Assembly: GCA_004764695.1 (NCBI GenBank)
Contig: SMSO01000025.1
Location: 1,860,001 to 1,924,000, forward strand
Reading direction: 5' to 3'
From: Schizochytrium sp. TIO01
Taxonomy: Eukaryota > Protista > Bigyra: Labyrinthulomycetes
DNA: 64,000 bases
In this document: piece by piece, positions 14,383 to 24,208 of the stretch
How positions within the stretch are numbered: position 1 is the first letter of the stretch
How the letters are laid out: every line of letters starts with the position of its first letter
Notes under the pieces: model-generated
Told to the model about the DNA's origin: nothing
Databases searched by the model: none
The model's input: the letters and a program-made list of their open reading frames with translations, nothing else
Program-made: the position numbers and the translations under genes

Positions 14383-15200
14383 TAATTACAAATAATAGTC
14401 AGATAAAGAGACAAGAAACCTTGAAACGACCGAGAGGAAGCAAAAAAGGAGGACTTCGAAAGGAAAGATAGCAAGTAAGTTGATGAAAGGCGATCAGAGT
14501 TTACAGGGATAGATGTCTACGTACAGTAGTATAACATGTGAAAATTTGAAGATGAAACCGAGAGAAAGAGAAGAAAAAACAAAACTTTAAGAGTAATGCA
14601 TAGGCTAGTCACTAGGTAGTGCTATATAGCGAGTACTCAGACGCCTATTTGTCAACTATGTGTCTCTTCTTCGCCGCCAACTCTTGAGCATGAATCTGGC
14701 AGACACTGGCTAACGATACAAAGGAAACTTAGCAGATATTAATGTTCTTCACTCTGATATTGATCTTGGACGAAGATTGCGACGATACTAAGCCTTACTT
14801 TTTTTATGAAATGGAGATGCACAAGGGGCCACTTCGCAACCTGCAAGGATTATGTACCCCTTACCTTTCTACGCTGGTGAATTTTCGAATAATCGGCAAA
14901 TCATAGTGACTTTGCGCGAGGGAATGCATCTTAAAGATATGCCATCGAAAACACTTATGCAACCATTCATGCATGATGCAATGCGCAGGGCTTTCGCAAT
15001 CCTCCATGACCATGGCATCCTACATAACAATATCAGTTGGCGTGCTTTTCACATGGTCGTTTTTGGGGAGAATGTTCGCATGTACATAATAGGTTATCAC
15101 TGTGCGACGGTTTTGGATAAGAATGCGAATGAATCCGCATATGGATTCAACAGGGGAAAGCAGCGGCTCGAAGATATGATTGAAGGACTTAGACTTGCAT
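14383..15200 (+). pseudogene. Inverted, internally deleted duplicate of the REase-pseudokinase locus (upstream region fused to the 3' end of the CDS)
   Basis: 14383-14760 is the reverse complement of ~23808-24208, and 14762-15200 is the reverse complement of ~20806-21241, with scattered substitutions. A 1-bp deletion (CCTTTC vs CCTTTTC at ~14866) frameshifts the coding remnant, which explains track ORF 14852-15202. Confidence 0.93.
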
Positions 15201-15429
15201 AGTGATGAAGAAGCTATCCTAAATCTTAGGCACGGTTTTATTTTTACATCATTGTTTTTATTAAAATAAATTAAATAACAAACAAAGAACGGGGAAAAGG
15301 GGGAAAGAGAAAAAATTAAAAAATATGTTTACATATTCCATTTTGTTAATTTCAAATATATAATAACAACAACTATATAAATAAAATCAAAGTACTTAGC
15401 TATTTCATAAGAAAGAAAAAATTCCTTGT

Positions 15430-18230
15430 GGAGCAAAAAAGGAGGATATTTAGACCTACCTTCATAATTCTTTGATGATATGATTATGATGAATTCTGGC
15501 GTTCGATTAGAACTAGTCTTACGGAAATGCGAGCAGAAGAGATTAATTTGCTATTGAATTTTGTTATTGTTACCCTCCAAAAGGATTTTGCAAGAGCCCC
15601 GGGATCCTCTTTTTAATTGGCTCTCGCAAAGTGGAAGTAGTAGAACTTTTATTATTCGCTTTCATCAAAAGTTGAGGTTGCTATGTTTCGGCTTTTGTAA
15701 TAATAGTCGACGTGAATTGCGATAGAGTCTTCTCAGGCAAGGTGTCTTCTTAGTAGTTTGACCTCGTAAGCTTGAGTATTTGGCTGCAAATTAGAGTCAG
15801 ACATTGCCTAGTCATACCATTCCTCGAGAGAATCAAATCTCCTATAACTGCCGATGACATTTTGTTTTGTCAATATAATACTCTGAATTAAATAAAAACC
15901 ACTTTTTACTTGTTTTCAGTATATATTGGTTGTAATGGGCCAAGGAGGAAGTGTATCGGGATGTAGTTTGGACAAGTTCAACTATGTTTATCAAGCTTAG
16001 ATTTTGTATGTTTCAGGATGATTAATTTGAAGCAAGTAACCATCGCATGATTCTTGAGTGAAATTGCATTGAATTTCCCACGTTTCTTCTACGTACCAAC
16101 CTGATTCTTTTTTTGCCTGGTCGTCTCCCTTCTGGCAAGTTTATGTCATATCTACGATGTAGGTATGTTCTTGCAGAGAGAGCGATGAAAAGTAACAACT
16201 CAGAAAAACCATACACGAAGGCTTCGTCCTCTTCCCTGTTTACGTAGCTACGAGCAAGATAAAGAGACAGTTTTAAAGAATCAAAAGCTTGTTTGGTCGA
16301 CGCTATGGTCTTCTCTTGTTTCAATGTTGCGTTGAATCGCAGAAATTCGCTTCGTTATTATCACCCTTATGCTACCAGTTAATCATTTAGTTCCCCAATG
16401 GGATCTTCACTTGTGCAAAGTTCCATTCTACTCGGGTTGAAATCTTTCCCCTAAAAAATGCCTTGCTGAATGGGTTCTTTAAGTTTTTGGTGAGCGACGT
16501 CTCAGAATTCCCATTTAATCCATAAATCCAGGGCCAACAGGCAAATTCTCCGAGTATTCAGCATGATCTTCGCATGAGGAGTAGCAGAAACCTAGCTTTG
16601 CCTCCAAATGGGTCTGAATCGAGGCGCCTAATGACATCTGAATTGCAATTTGCATGCCGAATCCGACCTCAAGTCAAGTCGCCGGCTGCCATATTATAAG
16701 AGGGAAACACGGTAATTAATTCAGAGGCCTATGCCCCACGCGCAAAGGGCACCATCGAGATGGAAGTATACTGACCAATCCAAATCAATTAGATCAATCA
16801 AATCATTCGCTCGAAATGAACCGAGTTGACAAAATAGATAAATATAAGTGGCTTTGTTAAATTACCTCAATCATCAATGATCGTCATTGTCATGTATGGG
16901 CTAGAAAGAATTTAATGGTACGCTTATTAATAGGGAGCTCTCATCGCGCAATCACAATCTAGCTTGGTGTTTCAGATCAAAGAAGCCTGGGCGTGGCCTT
17001 TCAAAGTGTTCCTCTGCCACGCAGAAGCGTCTTTTATCCACATAGAACGCATAATAATGACACTGATTGTTTCTCCAGATGAAGCAAATCTTTTGATTCA
17101 TCCTATGCTGGCTCATAGCGAGTAGGTAAGCAATGGCCACCATTCGCAGGAAGCGGCCCGAACTGCTCACCCGGTCCATCTATTCTAAGAATGTTAGGAA
17201 GATAAATACCAGTGATTCTAAGAGCACAATTTGTAACGACCTCTGGACGATGATGATCCTGACAAACAACTTGCAAATTCTGCTATGAGCTGCATGGGTA
17301 GTCAGAGGTTTTGCATGTCAGCAAAAATTAGTATTCAAAGGTGTATCAAGCTGCTTCTGGTGCCTAGCTGCCGATCATGAGTTGACTGGCCTAGCGATTA
17401 GATATTCCCACCAATCGCTTCTTCTCTTTCGATGACTTCAAGTGCAGGTAGATTAAGTAGCTTGATACGGCGTAGACTTTACACAGATAATAAGTGAGTG
17501 CAAAATCCAATCCTCCGGAGGCAGGCTGGATGAAGTCACGAAGTAGACAGCAATTCATCTGCCAGACTTCAAGTTGTCTCAGGGCCGCTTCCGCATTTCA
17601 CCTGCAGAAGATCCATGGTCCACAGGTTGGTCTTCTAGGGTTCGACTCAGCTCTGAGTTCGTTGAGTCGTTATTTTATTCTGAACAGCCCCAGGTGAGTC
17701 AACTAACTGCCTGCACACATCTGCCTAGCCAATTCTCATTTTAGCATTCCAGGGTGTACCTACCACCGTATGATGTTCATATCATCTCCTGTCCTGTATC
17801 TCAGCTTATAAAGGAATGGGTTAAGTTTCGTTGAGTTGGATCGGACGTGGTCACCTCTGACCTCAATGGGTGTCTCGTTTACAGCACCTGACGCATTAAC
17901 TCCTAGATTATTGTACACAACCCATTTGCCCGCCCTTCGCGGCCACGAGGGCTGCTGTTCTCCTTTCATGGTTAGAAATCCGAGCTTTGATGAACTTTTG
18001 AACGAAGAGCCTGGCCAAAAGAAGAGTCCCGACGGCTCAAAGCTTCGACTTGCTGCGAGGTGTTCTTTCGTGTGGCAGTCAAGTTGTCGTTCTTGAAATT
18101 GTGCGATTTGCTCATCAATTTGCCATTTGGGCTTACAGAACATCGACTCTGAGGGGGGAGTTCACAGCATTAGCACAACCAAAAGGCCAGCAGACATACA
18201 AGTGGTAAATACCTACATGCTCAAGCCATG
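15430..18230 (-). mobile_element. Decayed DIRS-order (tyrosine-recombinase) retrotransposon, Ngaro/PAT-like
   Basis: Minus-strand relic motifs in the expected order. RT: PRRAGKWVVYNNL...GAVNETPI (~17865-17945, cf. PKK.GKWRLI.DLS...SVNDGI), PTCGPWIFCR (17601-17630, cf. SAP.IF) and IAVYF[D]DFI with one base lost (~17528-17555). RNase H: LRMVAIAYLL...KICFIWRNNQ (~17064-17150). Possible methyltransferase-like LITVFPSY...APRFRPIW (~16600-16722). Recombinase C-terminus: SHFR-x20-GRSKYPPFLLH (~15428-15532), with the same R-to-G spacing as HSFR-x20-GRW. Heavily degraded; ends not defined. Confidence 0.55.
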
Positions 18231-20764
18231 CTGTTGATCTGCAAAATAGGCAGTCAATCTGTCGATTGTGTGAATGTCCACGTTGAAGTTGTCTTTAGCG
18301 CAGAGTATGTATTGCATTGCATTGTATTGCATTGCATCACAATCTTCATTATGCACGTGTGCTTTTCCTAGTAGCTAGGTACCCTCAGATGACAATCGAC
18401 TTCCATTATCGGCGGCCAAGTTCAACTTCTTTCTGTCGAGTTCCTCGCGTCCGCCGCTGCACATCCTTTCTTCAAAGAGTTCGAGGAGTGCGTCGGGGCC
18501 TTGGCTGTACGTTCGAGTACCTCGCTTGCTCAAACTTGAGGAGAGGCTCCGCTGCGACTGAGGCGCTGATATCGAACGAAGACTCGTCGATAGGTACGTG
18601 CATAGATGGATATTATACAGGTTTACTTTGGGTTTTAAGCGCATAATCATCTTCCGACTCAGAGCATAGAACAACAAATAGATAAGCTAATAATATTACG
18701 CAGTACCGCGGTGCTTTGAAGGTAAGCATGATGCTCTTTTAAAAGGCCTGAAGAGCTATGAAATACTCAGCTCTTGAGCAAAAGTCACTCTGATCTCGGG
18801 GGTACAAAACCCGCAAGACAATTCACCATTGCTTTTTTACAATCGGATAAAGTCGTCACGTTGGTGTCATTCTAATTTGTCATGTAGGATATGAGATCTC
18901 CTGAGTTACCGTAGCTAACTTATGGCAACTGCTAGGTCGTTATGAGTAACTATGCAGTGCTAATGGCTTTCCTGGAAAGAAGGAAGGATTGAGAAGCCTT
19001 CCTTTTCCCTCATCTGAAACACAAACTGCCATAAACCTGCACTTTGGGAGCTCAACTTGGGACTTAATGACGCCCAGAACGGTCCAGGAACGTAAGACTC
19101 ACCTAATCCAAGTGGTAGCTGCCAAGAAGGGAAGGCACCTTCAATTACCTTCCTTCGAAACATTATTTTTTAAAAAACTTTTCTTCTTCCTAAATTGCCA
19201 GTGTAAAAATAGATTGCTAGAAATAGCATTTAAATATATATATTTTTTATTTTATTTTATTTTATAAATAGAATAGAAATAAAGTTGAAGCATAAGAATG
19301 AATCTCTTTAGAAAACAATTCCAATTTTTACTCTGGTAGAAAGAAGTCAGTCAACAATCAGCTGACTCTTGCGCCGCTCTCTTGTCCGAGACTTCTTAGT
19401 TCTTCAACATTTATCATAGATCCGTCCTGCCTTGCTGTGGCTAGTTATTTTATCAGTCTTGTCAAGCAACTCGCAACGATTATGCGTCAGAGCTTTGATC
19501 AAAGGTGTCCAACCAAGAAAGTTTATTCGTTGCCATAAAAATAAAAATAAAAATAACACCCATCTGTATGTTTCTACCAGTATTTATTAATTAATTTATT
19601 TATTTATTTATTAAAATAAAAGCAATCCTATTAATATCCCCATATTAATAACTGAATAGAAGAAGATAAAAATACAAATATACCGCGTGTACTAATTTTA
19701 ATTTCTCAATTCCAGTAAGCATTCATATGCCGAAGCTCACCATATGATACGGGTCTCTGCCTACGCCACGTGGGCGCCGCTTCTACTACTGACAATCTTT
19801 ATTACTGCGCTTATTTCTATGGCCGGTGCCGTCTTTTCGTTCAACCGTTCGAAGCTCTCCCTGGGGAAGAAGAAAGAAAGAAAAGATCTCGGAAAGAGCC
19901 AAAGAGACGTTCACTGCTTAAGTATTTGGGCTTGGAGCAAATGTGATCAGTTTTGCAGTTTGGCACTTCTGGAGAAGGCAGCTCAAAACCCACGCGTGTA
20001 TACACAGGTATTTCCACTGCTGCAGGCGAACGAGGGTGCTTTGTTGGTTATTGCATTCATCTCAAAGTTTGAGACGTAGGTAGATAGAGTATCTATGTCA
20101 GAGCTTTGCATGAAGTTGAAACTGAATGAAGCGAACGCTTGAACGGGAGTTGGGAATTTACATCGCGAGCTCCGCCTCGTGCTATAGAAGACCCACACAA
20201 TCAAAGAGAAAGAAAGAGATTAGAAAAAAATAAATACAGAAACTTGCAAGCGAGTGCTTGTTTTGGCAAAGCAAAAAGATCTCAACCTGTCACCACTGGA
20301 TACTGAAAGAGACACTATGAAAACAAATTGAAAATAGATATTTTAATAGATGGAACTTATTATACGTAAATATGTTTATAAAATCTGTTCAAATATCAAA
20401 TGATCATCATGATCACCATCCAGAGGAAAGAAAAGAAGAAGAAAAGTACCGTCGTGTTACTTTTATAGTTACAATTTGATTTTAAAATTTAAATTTATAA
20501 ATACTATTGCCGTTTCTTTCTTATATATAAACATAACCTACAGAAGAGCTAAGCATGAGAAAAACGAATACGAGACTGGCATATACAACATAAACTAGAC
20601 CAGGTCGTCTTGCTTTAAATATCTAGCATATCTTCGAAACCGAAAACAAGAGTAGACGAGAAACGTCATCATGCTCATGCTATCTTCAGTCACAATAATG
20701 CTTCAACAAACGACGTGTGTTAGAGAGAAACAATTATTATTTGTTTTCATTCTATTCATTCAAA

Positions 20765-22891
20765 TCATTCATCATCCATTTCATCGTCATCGTACTCCGC
20801 TACCTCCAATCTAAGTTCTTTAATCATATCTTCGAGCCGCTGCTTTTCCTTTTTAAATTCATATGCGGATTCATTCGCATTCTTATCCAAAACATCCGCA
20901 TAGTGATAACCTATTATGTACATGCGAACATTCTCCCCAAAAACGACCATGTGAAAAGCATGCCAACTAATATTGTTATGTAGGATGCCATGATCATGGA
21001 GGATTGCGAGAGCCCTGCGCATTGCATCATGCATGAATGGTTGCATGAGTGTTTTGTATGGCATATCTTTGAGAGGCATTCCCTCGCGCAAAGTCACTAT
21101 GATTTGCCGATTATTCGAAAATTCACCAGCGTAGAAAAGGTAAGGGGTACATAATCCTTGCAGGTTGCGAAGTGGCCCCTTGTACATCTCCATTTCATAA
21201 AAAAAGTAAGGCTTACTATCGTCGCAATCTTCGTCCAAGATCGCTAAATTGAGAGGGATACCGTGTATATTCATCATAATCACGTTGGTGAATACTTCTT
21301 TTTGACTATCCACATTCCAAAGTTCCCATGGGAGACCTATGCAGATGTTTTGGAGAGGGAGCATATTAATAGCTGCGTGACGCAAGGAGCAGTCTCCCTC
21401 ATTGATTCTTGCAGGAACATTGTCTTTTGCAGAGATAAAGGTATTTGCCAGACGATTTGTGATATGTGCAGCATCAGACGCAACGGGTCGTGCCTGCTTG
21501 CTTGCACCAACACCACCGCTGTTCTCGTTATTGTTGTTCGCTGCTTGCTGTCGAGCTTGCTGAATGACATGCCATGCTTCCAGCATACTTCGGATAATCT
21601 TCTCTCTAACATTTCCAATCTGCGGACTCATTTGATCTTGACTTTCCGGTTTTATAGTCCAGTATTCGTTAAGATATCTAAAAAACCTTGATGCCGGATC
21701 AATCACCAACTGGTGAGAGCTATTGCCTTGTAGTGCTTCCGTGATTACTCTGGTGATAAAACTCATTAAAAGGGCTGTCGGCGAGTTCGTTGAGTTCTCT
21801 GCGTCTCCGCCTTTGATCCCAGGGCTCACAAGAAGACGACCATCCGATTCCATCTTCAAGAACCATGTCATTTCACAAGACGAAAATACCCCATATTTGC
21901 GCTTGTGAGCTACCATGTACCCTGCAACTTGATGTAAACTTTTCCGGATATAGTCCTTTCCAAGAGGAACTTGAATGTCAACATTCTCATCATCTATTGT
22001 CAAGCTGTTGATCTGTTTCGTAGTGAGTCTGTTAGGGACCATTGCGTTAGGGTTCCCTGAAGAAATGTAAGGATCATAGTTCCTGCCGTAGTATCCCTTG
22101 ACTAGGTTCCCATATGTGTCATTGGTGCGACACATGTCATTAGACTGCATCCCATTCGGAGTAACAATCTTCAGAACTATGAGGAGCTCTTCGTCTAGAA
22201 GCAACGAGTTATCATTTCCCTGACGTACAAAGTAATGTTGAGTAGGATAATTGAGATACAAATTCTGGATTGGTTGTTTGAGCACTTCATCCCAATACCT
22301 AGGAATTATTGAACGGCTGAGAAGATCTGATAATCCAGAGTGTTCTCTAAAAAAGGAGCGGGCTTCATAATCACTGCAGTTCGTATTAAACGTCGGTGCC
22401 GAATGAGAACTCCTCGCACATTCAGTGATACCTGATTCCCGAAGGCGATTCATGGTGATAACGTGGTCAATGTCAGAGAGGAAATTTATCCAGTGCAGTA
22501 CTTGAGTGGGCACAACCCGTCCAGGTGCAAAAGGGGTTTTCGTGTTACTAAGCGTGTCACCATCAGCATGCAAGTGATTCTTGTACATGCGTTCTGAAAT
22601 CAAAAGTATGGCAGGGATGCAATATTTACTGCGATTAGCATAATAACGCATTAACGCCATACAATGCTTTTGTTCGTATTCAGAAATATTAGGTGTATTG
22701 TTGATATAATCCTGAATAGTTTGGGACATGGCCGTGCAATGATCAGGAGTTAGTTGACCAAGAATGCGCTCCTTTGCATCCGGAGCATCCATCACGTCAG
22801 CATAAAAACCAGCCGCGAAAGTGATGTTGGCTGGGAGCGTGTTGATGAGCTTTATGCAAGCATCGTTTGCGTTCACCTCTGAAGCCTCCAT
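20765..22891 (-). CDS. Crinkler/RHS (CR)-type protein: PD-(D/E)xK REase-fold domain + C-terminal kinase fold, both apparently catalytically inactive
   Basis: Open frame of >700 codons. The first ATG is at 22891; the track start at 22942 is GTG, and the true 5' end may include upstream exons. REase-like block: GND...LLIVLKIVTP...LHQVAGYMVAHKRKYGVFSSCEMTWFL...LLVSPGI. Kinase-like block: EMEMYKGPLRNLQGLCTPYLFYAG...G.PL...ALAILHDHGILHNNI...YIIGY. These resemble the fungal/oomycete LQG..IP...LH..G..HGDI...IIDF kinases. Confidence 0.75.
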   Translation of the reverse strand: MEASEVNANDACIKLINTLPANITFAAGFYADVMDAPDAKERILGQLTPDHCTAMSQTIQDYINNTPNISEYEQKHCMALMRYYANRSKYCIPAILLISERMYKNHLHADGDTLSNTKTPFAPGRVVPTQVLHWINFLSDIDHVITMNRLRESGITECARSSHSAPTFNTNCSDYEARSFFREHSGLSDLLSRSIIPRYWDEVLKQPIQNLYLNYPTQHYFVRQGNDNSLLLDEELLIVLKIVTPNGMQSNDMCRTNDTYGNLVKGYYGRNYDPYISSGNPNAMVPNRLTTKQINSLTIDDENVDIQVPLGKDYIRKSLHQVAGYMVAHKRKYGVFSSCEMTWFLKMESDGRLLVSPGIKGGDAENSTNSPTALLMSFITRVITEALQGNSSHQLVIDPASRFFRYLNEYWTIKPESQDQMSPQIGNVREKIIRSMLEAWHVIQQARQQAANNNNENSGGVGASKQARPVASDAAHITNRLANTFISAKDNVPARINEGDCSLRHAAINMLPLQNICIGLPWELWNVDSQKEVFTNVIMMNIHGIPLNLAILDEDCDDSKPYFFYEMEMYKGPLRNLQGLCTPYLFYAGEFSNNRQIIVTLREGMPLKDMPYKTLMQPFMHDAMRRALAILHDHGILHNNISWHAFHMVVFGENVRMYIIGYHYADVLDKNANESAYEFKKEKQRLEDMIKELRLEVAEYDDDEMDDE

Positions 22892-23807
22892 GGTGAGAAG
22901 ATATGCTGGACAGTCCTTGCCGTCAACTGCTTTCACGCACACAGCCGTCTAAGTCTGCAAACAGATCGCAAGCTCAGTTGTCGATTTGTATGTCTGCTTA
23001 ATTGTGGCTGGCCTCTTTCCACACACATTGGGCAGAGCTTGTTGTTTGTTGCTCCACCTTGCTAGACAATGATCAGAGTATCTAGCACCTTTCACTCTAT
23101 CCAAGGTGTGTATAAGATCTCACGACGTAGTGACAGGTAATAGGTTAACGATCTTGGGTAAAAACCCAAGCCAAAACAAGCGCTCACTGGTGAACGCACG
23201 CCCCTACATACTTAGGTACTTAGTAGATCAGAAGTGAAGGATACACTAATCGCTCTTTAAAAACTAGACTTGCTCGCCCGGCGTGTCTGATGACCTCGCA
23301 TCTAATTGCCCTGATGAATCCTTTTCTCATTTCTTGTTCGAAAGAGGAACTCTGTTTCCACAAGTTATGGGAATACTTTTACTTTGGAAAAAAGATTAAA
23401 AGTGCTAAATAGATATCGATCAACATGTACGTATGCTCTGCTCACTTCTAAAAACTCTTTGAATTTGTAGAAATTCAGGTCACAGCCATTCCTTTCAATT
23501 GTAAAACACCAATACTTACTGCACGCTACCATCAACAATGACAAACCGTACTCGGGCTGGTTGCGATTTATCAATTTGCATAGGGGATAATCGGAATTCT
23601 AGCATCTAGCACCTACACTATATCTACTACTTAGTACTAACTGTAAAGTATTCTAACTTGGTTGTGATTAACGAGAACAGTAAGAAAGGTAGCGCCTGTT
23701 CGTGCTTTAGCTAGATTGATGATGGATGAGAGATGTACTGTGATGTCATCGCCATGGTGCATAATTGAACCCCAAACAATCCCTTCTCGAATGCACCATC
23801 ATCCGCG

Positions 23808-24208
23808 ATATCAGAGTGAAGAACATTAATATCTGCTAAGTTTCCTTTGTATCATTAGCCAGTGTCTGCCAGATTCATGCTCAAGAGTTGGCGGCGAAGA
23901 AGACGCATAGCTTGACAAATAGGCGTCTGAGTACTCACTGTATAGCACTACCTAGTGACTACTAGCCTATGCATTACTCTTAAAGTTTTGTTTTTTCTTC
24001 TCTTTCTCTCGGTTTCATCTTCAAGTTTTCACATGTTATACTACTGTACGTAGACATCTATCCCTGTAAACTCTTATCGCCTTTCATCAACTTACTTGCT
24101 ATCTTTCCTTTCGAAGTCCTGGTTTTTTGCTTCCTCTTGGTCGTTTCAAGAGTTAGATTTCCATCTACCTATAGATAGAGAGGTTTCTCGCCTCTTACCT
24201 GATTATCA
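23808..24208 (-). repeat. Upstream segment of the REase-pseudokinase gene duplicated (inverted) at 14383-14760
   Basis: Base-by-base reverse-complement match, including a ~32 bp indel at ~24150-24181. Confidence 0.92.

Noticed and set aside
14755-14770. Idea that the deleted copy is a processed (spliced) retrocopy
   Set aside because: The missing segment ends in ...TTTAG but does not start with GT or GC in a register that reproduces the junction. It also removes most of the CDS, and upstream non-coding DNA is retained.
17636-17655. GGTTCGA T-loop-like motifs (also ~25348, 38635, 54180)
   Set aside because: No T-stem, cloverleaf or A-box context, so they are not tRNAs.
23365-23574. Ankyrin-like GLSLLMVAC...NGCDLN ORF
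   Set aside because: It is a single weak motif with a non-ATG start. An alternative frame with an ATG and a GTAAGT donor explains the region at least as well.
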